63,410 nt of DNA from an uncultured Pseudomonadota bacterium (GCA_902774305.1 CACYHY010000002.1:1-63410); one strand, 5' to 3'. Counted from the stretch's first letter, positions 36,054 to 45,807 are shown. The notes: generated by a model not told the origin, from the sequence alone. Numbers and translations are program-made.

Positions 36054-36500
36054 ATGATTTTGCCTAATTTCAAGGATTTTCCTATTGCAGGACGCATAAT
36101 TGGACTTGACTGGGGCGCACGGCGCACAGGGGTTGCAATAACAGACGAAAGTTGCAGTTTTGTCTTTGCTCGTAAGCCGATTGTTTCAAAAAATTCTGAT
36201 GATTTACAGAGTAGGGTGCTTTCTTTGATTAAAGAAGAACGGGTGGCAGGAATCATAATTGGTTTGCCATTGCGTACGGACGGAACAGAATCAGAGACAA
36301 CGAAAAATGTTCGTGATTTTGCAAATTCTTTGGCAGAAAAAATAGATACACCAATTTGTTTTCTGGATGAAACATTGTCGTCAACGGCTGCGCAGGAATC
36401 GATGGGGCGGGTCAGAATTTCAGATATTAAAGAGAAATTAGATTCTGAGGCTGCACGTGTTATTTTAGAAAACGCAATAGCGATAATTAAACGTCAATAA
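36054..36500 (+). CDS. ruvX: Holliday junction resolvase-like nuclease RuvX (YqgF)
   Basis: 148 aa. IIGLDWGARRTGVAITD N-terminal motif and DETLSS motif. Confidence 0.88.
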   Translation: MILPNFKDFPIAGRIIGLDWGARRTGVAITDESCSFVFARKPIVSKNSDDLQSRVLSLIKEERVAGIIIGLPLRTDGTESETTKNVRDFANSLAEKIDTPICFLDETLSSTAAQESMGRVRISDIKEKLDSEAARVILENAIAIIKRQ

Positions 36501-36525
36501 AAAATCCGCCAATACGGCGGATTTT
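36501..36525. terminator. bidirectional intrinsic terminator
   Basis: aaaatccgcc / ggcggatttt hairpin between convergent genes. Confidence 0.7.
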
Positions 36526-36543
36526 ATGCATATAGAATAAATT

Positions 36544-37587
36544 TTAATCTTCTGTTTTATCTGGTATTTGACCGTCTGCGGAAAGTAATACTGCAATCCA
36601 GCGTGTTGAGTCAAATTGTGCTGTGATAATAAATAGGGCTGCCAAAATTGGTACGCTGAAAAACATTCCAGCAATACCCCATAATAACCCCCAAAATACC
36701 AAATTGATTAAAATTGCGAGTGTAGATAGGTTTAATGTTTTTCCCATAAATTTTGGATCCAGTATATTTCCAAAGATAATTTCCAAGACAATTAATCCAC
36801 CCGCGGTTAATAATGGTAAATCTATGGAATTGCTGGAAATCAATGCGTATAGGATTGGTAATGCGCATGCAACAATAGAACCAATTGTTGGTATATAATT
36901 CATAATAAATACCAAGAAAGCCCAGATTCCAGCAAATTCCAAACCGATTATACGTAACCATATATATGCGCCGATGCCAGTAGCTGCGGCGATAACAGTT
37001 TTTATAAACAAATATTTTTTCATGTTTTTATCAAAACTTTCGACAATAAATTTGAATTTATTTGTTTTAGATTTTGTTTCAAACAAATTATCTAATTTGC
37101 GGTGGAATGTGCTTTGTTCAACAAACAAAAATAAAATATAAATTAAAATCATTCCCAGTGATGTTGCTAAGTTAGCAGCGGAAGCACCAACTGTTTTTAC
37201 GATATCCGTTAAATTTGGGAACATATTTATGTCAAAATTAAGTCCAAGTTTATGAAATGCGTACGTGCTGATGTCTATTAATTTTGCTTGTATTTCAGGA
37301 ATACGAGCAACCAGTTCTGAAAACATAGGATTTATTTGTGTTGAAAATGCATAAAACAACCAACACAAACTGGTCGCAGATAATAATATGGATAATATGT
37401 TAAAAAATCCCGGCCAAAATGTTGGACAATTTTTTACGCAATAATTGAAAGGTAATACTTTGCGAAAATATGCGGCAATTGCGTTAATCAAATACCACAA
37501 AAATATTGCAACTAGTAATGGAATCAATATAGAACGACCGAACCATAACAACAGGACCAGTCCTGAAAAAATTATTATTCCGTTCAT
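36544..37587 (-). CDS. AI-2E family transporter (PerM/YhhT-like permease)
   Basis: 347 aa. About 8 TM helices, with family-typical N-terminus and a C-terminal GLLWGIAGMFFSVPI segment. Confidence 0.85.
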   Translation of the reverse strand: MNGIIIFSGLVLLLWFGRSILIPLLVAIFLWYLINAIAAYFRKVLPFNYCVKNCPTFWPGFFNILSILLSATSLCWLFYAFSTQINPMFSELVARIPEIQAKLIDISTYAFHKLGLNFDINMFPNLTDIVKTVGASAANLATSLGMILIYILFLFVEQSTFHRKLDNLFETKSKTNKFKFIVESFDKNMKKYLFIKTVIAAATGIGAYIWLRIIGLEFAGIWAFLVFIMNYIPTIGSIVACALPILYALISSNSIDLPLLTAGGLIVLEIIFGNILDPKFMGKTLNLSTLAILINLVFWGLLWGIAGMFFSVPILAALFIITAQFDSTRWIAVLLSADGQIPDKTED

Positions 37588-37634
37588 TTTTGTTTTCTCC
37601 TTTTTCCTTGGTTTTTATGCGTATAGCACGTTTT

Positions 37635-38309
37635 TTATATCTTTATTTTTCCTTTGTTCAAAGTAGTTGTTGCTGATGGATTAATTAAATCTGTAAATTT
37701 TTGTTGATGACTAATAAATATAAAAGTTGTGTCCTTCATAGATTTAATTGTGTCAGCAATTTGCTGTTGCGTTGTGGCATCGGCACCAGAATCTGGTTCG
37801 TCCAATATTGCGAATTTTGGTTTTGTCATAACCAGTTGCAATAACATTAAACGTTTGCGTTCGCCACCTGAAAAACCAACATTAATACTGCGCGATAACC
37901 AGTCTTTTGGAATATCCAATTTTGTGCGTGCAGATTCTAACATTTCCATAAATTTTGCCATAGATAAATCGCGACCTGTTTCAAATTTTGTATGTGCAGC
38001 ACAAGAATGTTTTAAAAAGTTCAAAACTGATAATCCAGGAATTTCTGGTACATTTTGTGAACCCAAGAATATTCCGAGTAACGCACGGCGGGTTGTTGAT
38101 TCGTTTGTGATATCAATACCATTGAAAATAATTTGTCCGTTTGTAATTTTATATTCAGGATTTCCGGCGATTGTTTGTACCAATGTTGATTTGCCAGAAC
38201 CATTGTGTCCGGCTAATAAATGGCGTGCGCCTTTTTTGACAGACATAGTTATTTCGTCTAATAAAACTTTGTCGCCATATGCTACTGATAAATTCTTTAT
38301 TTTTAACAT
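37635..38309 (-). CDS. sufC: Fe-S cluster assembly ATPase SufC
   Basis: 224 aa. GHNGSGKSTL, NPEYKITNGQI, FSGGERKR, ILDEPDSG. Confidence 0.9.
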   Translation of the reverse strand: MLKIKNLSVAYGDKVLLDEITMSVKKGARHLLAGHNGSGKSTLVQTIAGNPEYKITNGQIIFNGIDITNESTTRRALLGIFLGSQNVPEIPGLSVLNFLKHSCAAHTKFETGRDLSMAKFMEMLESARTKLDIPKDWLSRSINVGFSGGERKRLMLLQLVMTKPKFAILDEPDSGADATTQQQIADTIKSMKDTTFIFISHQQKFTDLINPSATTTLNKGKIKI

Positions 38310-38314
38310 TTTAG

Positions 38315-39640
38315 TTATCCCTTTGATATCGCCATTTGTATCAATTGTTTCGATTCTACCAAGAATTCCATCGGTAATCTAGATATAATTGGATTAGCAG
38401 TTGCACCAATAATTAATGCAATTGCTTCATCAGTACTGATGCCTGATTGTTCCAAGAAAAATAATGTGTTTGCATCCAGACTGCCTGTTTTTGCTTCGTG
38501 TGATTGTTTGTTTGTATTATTTGTATGCACAATTGTTGGAATTGTATTTGCAGTCGCATTATCACCAACGATTGTTGTGTCGCATTTCGATGCGTTTGTG
38601 CAATTTTCACCAGTAAAACTTACAAGACTACGAAAAGTCTGTTTTGAATCATCCAGCGCCACGCCGTATGATAAAATATTCGATACAGAATTATTTCCAA
38701 TATGAACCATTTTTGTTCCTGTATCAGATTGTTGTGCGCCACGTGTAATTGTCAGTGAATAAAAGTCGCTATGTGCATTGTTTCCGGACAAAATCGTAGA
38801 TGGGTATTTCCATGTCATGGCGGAGCCAATTTCAATTTGTGTCCAATCTAATGTTGCATTATTTTCACATTTACCGCGTTTGGTTACAAAGTTCAAAATG
38901 CCACCAACAGATTTTTTTCCATTCTGTTTTCCTGCATACCAATTTTGCACAGTTGAGTATTTTACATGCGCGTTATCCATTACAACAATTTCCACAACAC
39001 CACTGTGTAATTGATGGTTCGGACGACGTGGGGCACTGCAGCCTTCCATATAACTGAGTTCTGCACCTGTGTCTGCTATAATCAGTGTGCGTTCAAATTG
39101 TCCTATCTTGGCGGTTTCAATTCTAAAGTAACTGGCCAAATCAATAGGGCATTTTGTGTCTTTAGGAACATATACAAATGTGCCATCAGAAAATACAGCC
39201 GCATTTAATGCTGCAAAAAAGTTATCATTGGACGGCACGACACTGCCTAAATATTTTTTGACCAAATCAGGATATTTTTTTACTGCATCAGAAAATGGCA
39301 AAAATATAATTCCCAATTTAGATAATTCTTGTTGATATGATGTATGCACGGATTGACTGTCGATGACTGTATCGGTTGCCATACCCAGTAATGCCTTTTG
39401 CTCTTGTTCCGGCAATCCCATTTTTTTATAGGTGTCTGCTAATTCAGAATTGTCGATTGGTTTTGCAGTGGCATAATAATCGAAAGAATCATAATCAATT
39501 GGGTCATAATCTATTTCAGCCCAATGTGGTTCTGTCATCTGTTTCCAGATATTAAATGCATTCAATCGCCAGTCCAAAAGCCACGCGGGCTCTTGACGTG
39601 CTTTGGATATTTTACGAATAAGTTCAATGTTTAATTTCAA
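38315..39640 (-). CDS. sufB: Fe-S cluster assembly scaffold SufB
   Basis: 441 aa. SYMEGCSAP...QLHSGVVEIV block characteristic of SufB. Directly upstream of sufC. Confidence 0.87.
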   Translation of the reverse strand: MKLNIELIRKISKARQEPAWLLDWRLNAFNIWKQMTEPHWAEIDYDPIDYDSFDYYATAKPIDNSELADTYKKMGLPEQEQKALLGMATDTVIDSQSVHTSYQQELSKLGIIFLPFSDAVKKYPDLVKKYLGSVVPSNDNFFAALNAAVFSDGTFVYVPKDTKCPIDLASYFRIETAKIGQFERTLIIADTGAELSYMEGCSAPRRPNHQLHSGVVEIVVMDNAHVKYSTVQNWYAGKQNGKKSVGGILNFVTKRGKCENNATLDWTQIEIGSAMTWKYPSTILSGNNAHSDFYSLTITRGAQQSDTGTKMVHIGNNSVSNILSYGVALDDSKQTFRSLVSFTGENCTNASKCDTTIVGDNATANTIPTIVHTNNTNKQSHEAKTGSLDANTLFFLEQSGISTDEAIALIIGATANPIISRLPMEFLVESKQLIQMAISKG

Positions 39641-39642
39641 AT

Positions 39643-40185
39643 TTAATCACCACTTTCTGCCAATTGTTGCGCTTGGCTGAAAAATGTCAAGGATTGCCCG
39701 AGCAGTCCATCTGTAAATGTTGATGCCAATATCCCATCTGGTTCAGTTGTTGTCAGGTACTGTAACAATCTGTTCGCGCCAGTAATGTAATTATTCACAT
39801 TGTGGGCGATACTGCTGTCTAATTTTATACAACGGCGCAATTTTTCCAAAGCAAATGGATTTTTTGAATATTCATCCATAATGCCGCCTAGTGCGCGCCA
39901 TAACGGGTGTTCGTTTGTGTTGCGTGGCATAACATCAATCGCAGCCATAATTGGAATCAGGTTTTGTAACAAATCCTGGTATACGATTTCTGCATTTTCA
40001 GCAACGGCATTAGTTGCGTTTTTGTTTTTTAGTACAGATTGAATCTTCATAATCAGGTTGTATTGGAATGTTAAAGTTTTAGTTATATCCGCAATTTTTG
40101 TATTTAAACTTTGAACGGATACAAATATTGCGATAATTCCGATAAAAATTAGCGCAGATAAAGATAAAATAATGATGTTTTGCAT
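39643..40185 (-). CDS. hypothetical membrane-anchored helical protein heading the sufBC operon
   Basis: 180 aa from the ATG at 40185 (AGGAG RBS). One N-terminal TM. Stop is 2 nt before the sufB start. Confidence 0.55.
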   Translation of the reverse strand: MQNIIILSLSALIFIGIIAIFVSVQSLNTKIADITKTLTFQYNLIMKIQSVLKNKNATNAVAENAEIVYQDLLQNLIPIMAAIDVMPRNTNEHPLWRALGGIMDEYSKNPFALEKLRRCIKLDSSIAHNVNNYITGANRLLQYLTTTEPDGILASTFTDGLLGQSLTFFSQAQQLAESGD

Positions 40186-40288
40186 ATTAAAACTCCTGAT
40201 TTCCCTATGTAGTATAGCATACATTTTTCCGATTCGTAGGTTTTTATCTGGAAACAGTATAAAAAACAATAATATGCGTTTTTTAGTC

Positions 40289-40317
40289 TTGCACAGATTC
40301 GGTCGAATTGTTATAAT
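40289..40317 (+). promoter_or_regulatory. consensus sigma70 promoter of the TcpQ-like/secretin operon
   Basis: TTGCAC (40289-40294), 17-nt spacer, TATAAT (40312-40317). Confidence 0.6.
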
Positions 40318-40350
40318 AAGTACATCTAGATTGAAAGAAAGGACCTTTAA

Positions 40351-41208
40351 ATGTTTCGTAAATTTTTGATTTTTGCAATGTTTGCAACGGCTGCGGGTTA
40401 TTGCTTTGCGGATGAATATTTACCACAAGTAACAACTTCCGAAGTATTCGTAAATGAACAGTCTCAGTCTGAGGCTAAATCTGAATCAGAGACACAAGCT
40501 AAATATGTCAATGACTATTCGAATGTTCCGGCTTGGCCAATTGCTGGATCGGATGCGGATGTCACCGTAAAATGTGATGATGCAAAGAAGGCTGATAATG
40601 GGAATAGTATCCGTATTGTTTCTAAAATTGGCGATGATATGATTGTTGATAACAGTTTCGACTTTGATGGCAGTGGCTGGACAGGTGGGGCTAATATGTT
40701 GCATGGTAATCAGATTCCAATGGGGTTTGATGATGAGTGTGAAAATGGTGCCGAAATGCCATTGTTGCGTCGTGAAACATTGGAAGACGATGGGGGTAAT
40801 GTTTTAGCTGTATCACGTAGTGGTCGTAAAAATTGTGCAAAACGTAATACTGCTATGGATTCTGCATTCTTTGAAATGGATGAAGAAAAAGATGTGTCTG
40901 AAATCGCAGTAGCACAAAATACTGATGCCGAAGCACCAAAGTCACAAACAGATCAAGTTCGTTCTTGGGTGGTTGCCAATGGTCAGACCTTGCGCGAAGT
41001 TTTGCAAGATTGGTGCGATAGAGAAGGTTGGGATTTAGTGTGGGCTACATCACGTGAATATCCTATTGAAGCCAGTGCTGTGTTCAAAGGACGTTTCGCA
41101 GATGTCGCTTCTGCATTGGTTCGTAATTTTGGACGTGCGACACCTGTACCTTATGCAAAATTTTATAAAGGTAATTTAGTTTTGGTAATTTCTACGAACG
41201 AAGAATAA
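40351..41208 (+). CDS. exported TcpQ/PilL-like protein (putative secretin partner)
   Basis: 285 aa. Signal peptide. C-terminal block WVVANGQTLREVLQDWCDREGWDLVW...YPIEASAVFKGRFADVASAL matches my recollection of the TcpQ/PilL C-terminal domain. Confidence 0.5.
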   Translation: MFRKFLIFAMFATAAGYCFADEYLPQVTTSEVFVNEQSQSEAKSESETQAKYVNDYSNVPAWPIAGSDADVTVKCDDAKKADNGNSIRIVSKIGDDMIVDNSFDFDGSGWTGGANMLHGNQIPMGFDDECENGAEMPLLRRETLEDDGGNVLAVSRSGRKNCAKRNTAMDSAFFEMDEEKDVSEIAVAQNTDAEAPKSQTDQVRSWVVANGQTLREVLQDWCDREGWDLVWATSREYPIEASAVFKGRFADVASALVRNFGRATPVPYAKFYKGNLVLVISTNEE

Positions 41209-41243
41209 TTTGAATTTTGTATCCACAGTAGGAGAGTAAAGAT

Positions 41244-42872
41244 ATGAAAGCATTATTGAAAAAGTTTGTTGTGTTCGCATTCTTGGGGGCTGTATTGGCG
41301 GGGTGTGCGCGTGAACAGTCGGCCAAGGTTGCATCAACTGTGGATCAGGATTTTGTGAATGCGTATGATGCTTTTGAAATGGCAAAAAATCCACGTGCCA
41401 AGGTTGCAAGTGGTGATACTGTATCTGTGTCCGAAGGTGTGTGGTTGGGTGATAAATCTATTTCTTTTGAACACAAAAATAATTTACCATCACAATTTGA
41501 AACAGATACAGGGATTACTATATTATTAGATGAACCTGTAACTTTACAAGTTTTGGCAAATAACATAAATTCTGTGACACGTATTCCTGTTAAAATCGAT
41601 AAACAAATAAATGGCGAAAAATTAAAAAAGACAGTTAGTGTTGCATATACGGGTAAATTGTCTGGATTGTTGTCTCAGGTTGCAACTGACTTAGATTTGT
41701 TATGGTATTACGACAAGAATTCTATTGTGTTTTATGAAACAGAAACCAGAACATTTACATTATATGCGCTGGGAACGGATATTTCTTATCAGACGGCCGT
41801 CCAAGCGGATAATTCTGGTCAGGTTGTTTTGGAATCAACAATGAAAGAATGGGACGAAGTTGAAAAAGCTTTGACTGCCATTGTGGGTAAGGCTGAAAAT
41901 TCTGACTTTACGGTTTCGCGTAGTTTAGGAACAATTACAGCGACAGCGCCACCATCTGTTTTGGCTCGTATTGGTGATTATATTGATAAACAAAATAAAC
42001 GTTTATCTCAATTGGTGACGATTGATGTTAAAGTGTTGCAAGTGTCAATATCTAACAATTCTGCGTTTGGGTTGAATTTGGCAGCGGCTATTAATTCAAC
42101 ATCAGGATTAAATATTGTTGCAAATCCAAAGAATAATTTGGCAGCAACTGGCGCGAGTTCTATGAATATTGCTGTTTTGTCAAATGCTTTGTCTGCGACA
42201 ACTGGCGCAACACATACAGAAAATGGTAGTGTGGTCAGTGGTGCATATACAAATGATCAGATTATGAATGGGTCTTTGGCACGTGGTGCAGGTAGTGCTG
42301 GTTTGATTGAAGCGTTGGCAAAGCAGGGTAAGGTGTCTTTGGTCACTAATGTTGGTGTAACAACGCGTAATAATCGTGTGGCACCAGTTAGCAACATGAC
42401 ATCAACTGGATATATTAAACGTTTCGAATCCAGAAACTTTACAACAGTTGAATCCAGTACAGTTGACCAGGCTGATTTGCAGACAGGTTTCTCGATGCAG
42501 TTATTGCCAAATGTTCTGGAAAATGGAAAGATTTTGTTGTTGTTCAGAATGTCTGTTCGTGAATTGTTAAAGATGTCAACACAGACAATCGGTGAAGTTA
42601 CATTACAGTTGCCAGAGGTGGAAGAACGTAGCTTTATGCAAGAAGTAATTATGGAATCTGGTCAAATGCTGGTTGTGTCTGGATTTGAAAAACAAACAAA
42701 TAACGACACCCGTTATGGTTTAGGAGATCCTGACTTTATGGCACTGTCTGGTTCTAGGGAGACGGCATCAGGTCGTGATGTGCTGGTTGTTATCTTGACA
42801 CCACAAGTGTTAATCAGCCCGTTGGATTCTGAACGTAGTATCCAGCAAAATTGGGGTGCGCCGTTGAATTAA
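41244..42872 (+). CDS. lipoprotein secretin (type IVb PilN/BfpB/TcpC class)
   Basis: 542 aa. Lipobox VLAGCA. N0-like segment (YTGKLSGLLSQVATDLDLLWYYD). C-terminal secretin domain (VTIDVKVLQV ... GQMLVVSGFEKQ ... VLVVILTPQV). Confidence 0.75.
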   Translation: MKALLKKFVVFAFLGAVLAGCAREQSAKVASTVDQDFVNAYDAFEMAKNPRAKVASGDTVSVSEGVWLGDKSISFEHKNNLPSQFETDTGITILLDEPVTLQVLANNINSVTRIPVKIDKQINGEKLKKTVSVAYTGKLSGLLSQVATDLDLLWYYDKNSIVFYETETRTFTLYALGTDISYQTAVQADNSGQVVLESTMKEWDEVEKALTAIVGKAENSDFTVSRSLGTITATAPPSVLARIGDYIDKQNKRLSQLVTIDVKVLQVSISNNSAFGLNLAAAINSTSGLNIVANPKNNLAATGASSMNIAVLSNALSATTGATHTENGSVVSGAYTNDQIMNGSLARGAGSAGLIEALAKQGKVSLVTNVGVTTRNNRVAPVSNMTSTGYIKRFESRNFTTVESSTVDQADLQTGFSMQLLPNVLENGKILLLFRMSVRELLKMSTQTIGEVTLQLPEVEERSFMQEVIMESGQMLVVSGFEKQTNNDTRYGLGDPDFMALSGSRETASGRDVLVVILTPQVLISPLDSERSIQQNWGAPLN

Positions 42873-42895
42873 AAAATTATAAGGAAGGAAAAAAA

Positions 42896-42918
42896 GTCGG
42901 GCGAAAGCCCGATTTTTG
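42896..42918 (+). terminator. intrinsic terminator after the secretin gene
   Basis: tcgggc-gaaa-gcccga hairpin followed by a T5-run. Confidence 0.7.
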
Positions 42919-42925
42919 TTTCACG

Positions 42926-42950
42926 AAAAATACCCCACAAAAAGTGGGGT
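42926..42950 (-). terminator. intrinsic terminator after rpsT
   Basis: accccac-aaaaa-gtggggt hairpin with a T-run on the minus strand. Confidence 0.6.
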
Positions 42951-42973
42951 GAAAACCTTGATGCTTGTTTTAT

Positions 42974-43234
42974 TTAAGCAATCTTAGCAACTTTCTTGGC
43001 TAAACGAGAAACTTTGCGGGCAGCGCGTTTTTTTGGCATAACTTTGCCAGCTGCTTTCATAATTTTGCTTTCAGCAGCGCGTACTGCAGCAGTTGCCGCC
43101 GCCTTATCACCAGTTGCAATTGCAGCCAATGCTTTCTTTGTTTCTGTTTTAACAGCACTGCGACGAGCGGTGTTAATAGCATTTTTCTTGATTGTTACCA
43201 AGATTCTTTTTTTAGATGACTTATGATTTGCCAC
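42974..43234 (-). CDS. rpsT: 30S ribosomal protein S20
   Basis: 86 aa. MANHKSSKKR N-terminus. Ala/Lys-rich helical protein. Confidence 0.92.
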   Translation of the reverse strand: MANHKSSKKRILVTIKKNAINTARRSAVKTETKKALAAIATGDKAAATAAVRAAESKIMKAAGKVMPKKRAARKVSRLAKKVAKIA

Positions 43235-43309
43235 TTTATTTTCCTTTTATTTTTTATGTGTTTATGTTATTTTATATAAAACAAATTGAAAATCAAGGGA
43301 AATCTAAAA

Positions 43310-43897
43310 ATGTTATGTTTTTTTATCGCTATAGTTGCATACGTGCTGGGAAGTGTCCCTATGGGACTGATATTTACTAAATTTATGGGTAAGGGTGATT
43401 TGCGCAAAGTTGGCAGTGGTAATATTGGGGCAACTAATGTTATGCGGGTCGGCGGATTGCGTATGGCTGGTGTAGTTTGGATTTTGGATATGTTAAAGGC
43501 GATGTTGGCTATATGGTTAGGAATATGGGTTGCAGGTGTTGGTTTTGGTGCTTGGTGTGGTTTTTTTGCTATTGTTGGACATTGTTTTCCTGTGTGGTTA
43601 AAGTTTCACGGTGGCAAGGGAATATCTTCTTTGTTTGGAACATTATTGGTAATTAATCCTATTATGTTTGTTGTTTGTGGAATTGAGTGGCTGATTGTTG
43701 CATTAACTTCGGGTAAATCATCTGCTGGTGCGGTTGTTGTATTTTGTTTAATGCCTATATTGGGATTTGTTATGGATTCAACTGTCGGTTGGGCTTTTTT
43801 GGCAATTGCAATTTTATGCGCCATCCGTCATCGTGAAAATATTTTAAGACTAATTCATGGTGATGAATCTAGCATTGAATGGAAGTGGAAAAAGTAA
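43310..43897 (+). CDS. plsY: glycerol-3-phosphate acyltransferase PlsY
   Basis: 195 aa from the ATG at 43310. GSGNIGATNVMR and HCFPVWLKFHGGKG motifs. Confidence 0.9.
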   Translation: MLCFFIAIVAYVLGSVPMGLIFTKFMGKGDLRKVGSGNIGATNVMRVGGLRMAGVVWILDMLKAMLAIWLGIWVAGVGFGAWCGFFAIVGHCFPVWLKFHGGKGISSLFGTLLVINPIMFVVCGIEWLIVALTSGKSSAGAVVVFCLMPILGFVMDSTVGWAFLAIAILCAIRHRENILRLIHGDESSIEWKWKK

Positions 43898-43934
43898 GCG
43901 TTTTCTGAAAGTACTTGGATTTTTTGGCGTTTTG

Positions 43935-43943
43935 TGATATAAT
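43935..43943 (+). promoter_or_regulatory. extended -10 promoter element
   Basis: TGaTATAAT, 38 nt upstream of the ATG at 43982. Confidence 0.4.
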
Positions 43944-43981
43944 ATAGCAAGTTGATTTTCATAATGTAGGATGGCTCATTT

Positions 43982-44676
43982 ATGAAAAAGTTTCTTGTTT
44001 TATCCTTGATATGTATGTTTGTTGTGCCTGGGGTTGCTGCAACCAGAACGGGGGCTGTGGGAAAGCATTCTGTGGCGCGGACATCTGTATCATACGGTGG
44101 CAACCAAGTTACATCGGTTAACAATTCTGTTAGCAATAATGTCGCTGGAAATGATAAAGGTTCAGTTGTAAATAATCGCGACAGAGAACGAATTGCATGT
44201 ATAGGTAATAATGTGGGTATTGGAAATACTTTTGTTTGGGCATCAAAATATAGTAATACCGATAGTTATTCTAGTATGATTGAAGATACAAATAATCCAG
44301 AAAATAATGTGTGTTTCGTTCTGGTTAGTGTGCAATCTGATGATGTAAAAAAACAACAAGAGTTCTGGGGACCGTTGGTGGTGTTGTTGGTGGCGCAGGT
44401 GTCGGTGTTGGTGCGATGGAGTTATTTGGTAACAAATTGATTGGTGGTGCTGTTCAAGGACAACAACAATATGCTGACGATAAAACCAGTGTTAATTGGT
44501 ATAAAACAAAAGCATGTGAATTAAAGAAAAAAGATATAGATACGTATAATGATTTTGAAAAATTGGCTAAAGAGTTAAAACAAGAATGCAAAGAGTATAA
44601 CGACGAAAGATGTAAGGACAGTAAGTATGCTAATTTAATACAATGGTATGATAGTGCGCGTGATTGTGGAAATTAA
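43982..44676 (+). pseudogene. exported Cys/Gly-rich family protein split into two frames at an A7 tract (frameshift, pseudogene or phase-variable)
   Basis: ORFs 43982-44440 and 44416-44676. A -1 shift at GTA AAA AAA C (44345-44354) joins them and restores the glycine-zipper GTVGGVVGGAGVGVGAMELFGNKLIGGAV, as seen in paralogues. Confidence 0.6.
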
Positions 44677-44694
44677 GATGCTTGGAAATACTGT

Positions 44695-44731
44695 GCGCCC
44701 CCAAGGTTTGTTGCTTTGGGGGCGTTTTGTT
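44695..44731 (+). terminator. intrinsic terminator
   Basis: gcgcccccaa / ttgggggcg hairpin followed by ttttgttt. Confidence 0.7.
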
Positions 44732-44781
44732 TATGGTTGAAAATGCTTGTATGTTGGTGTATTGTGCGCTTGGGGTATAAA

Positions 44782-45807
44782 ATGTCTGAACTGATAGATA
44801 AATTATTAATTTTGCGTTCGCCAGGTATCGGACCGGTTGGATATGAAAAATTGATTCGACAGTATGGTTCGGTTTCTGCTGTTGCTGATACTTTGCGAAA
44901 TAATATAGAATTATTAGATTCTGTGATGCGTGAAATAGATGCTGCCGATTCGATGGGGATACATTTTGTGACTGATGATTCTGAATATTATCCTGTCAGT
45001 TTAAGAAATGTAAAAGGGCACCCACCAATTATATGTGTGCGTGGAAATTTAGAAACATTGTTAAGACCAATGGTTGGTATTGTCGGAACACGTCATGCAA
45101 CAGCTGCCGGAATGAAATTTGTTAGTGATATTGCTAAGACATTTGCTGAACATTCTGTTGCTGTTGTATCAGGTATGGCAATTGGAACAGATACCGCGGC
45201 GCATCGTGGCGCTTTGCTGGCATCAGGAAATACGCAAACTGTTGCAGTGTTGGGTGGTGGTGTTGATTATGTATGGCCATTAGAAAACGAATCTTTATAT
45301 TATGAAATTATTGAACGTGGGGCGGTTGTTAGTGAAATGCCAGTCGGATTTGTTCCAAGGGGAACGAATTTTGTTCAAAGAAATCGTTGGATTGCAGGAA
45401 TGGCTGGAAAATTAATTTTAGGCGAGGCTGATTTGAAATCTGGCAGTATGACGACCGCGCGATTCGCATCTGATTTTAATCGTGAAATTTGGGCGGTGCC
45501 AAGCCATCCATCAGATCCGCGTTCGGCTGGACCAAATTCTTTGATTGCTGGGCATATAGCAAAATTGTGTTCTGGTCCAATAGATTTTTTTGATGATAAC
45601 AAGACAAGTGCAAAAAATCGTTCAGGGGATGATAAAAATTCTGAATCGGAAAATGCATTATTAGATGCATTGGGAACGGTTCCAGTTTCTGAATCTGTAT
45701 TGGCAGATGTTGTCAAAAAAACTGTTTCGGAAATCAAACGCGATTTAGTTGTTTTAGAATTACGCGGTTTAGTTCAAAAAACAAATGGTGGTTATGTCAA
45801 AGTATGA
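44782..45807 (+). CDS. dprA: DNA processing protein DprA (Smf)
   Basis: About 341 aa from the ATG at 44782. Rossmann-like core GTRHATAAG...VVSGMAIGTDTAAHRGAL and a C-terminal winged-helix-like tail. Confidence 0.88.
   Translation: MSELIDKLLILRSPGIGPVGYEKLIRQYGSVSAVADTLRNNIELLDSVMREIDAADSMGIHFVTDDSEYYPVSLRNVKGHPPIICVRGNLETLLRPMVGIVGTRHATAAGMKFVSDIAKTFAEHSVAVVSGMAIGTDTAAHRGALLASGNTQTVAVLGGGVDYVWPLENESLYYEIIERGAVVSEMPVGFVPRGTNFVQRNRWIAGMAGKLILGEADLKSGSMTTARFASDFNREIWAVPSHPSDPRSAGPNSLIAGHIAKLCSGPIDFFDDNKTSAKNRSGDDKNSESENALLDALGTVPVSESVLADVVKKTVSEIKRDLVVLELRGLVQKTNGGYVKV

Noticed and set aside
37729-38382. 217-aa plus-strand ORF antisense to sufC
   Set aside because: It is a mirror-frame ORF opposite a gene with unambiguous Walker A, signature and Walker B motifs. 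It has no RBS or motif of its own.
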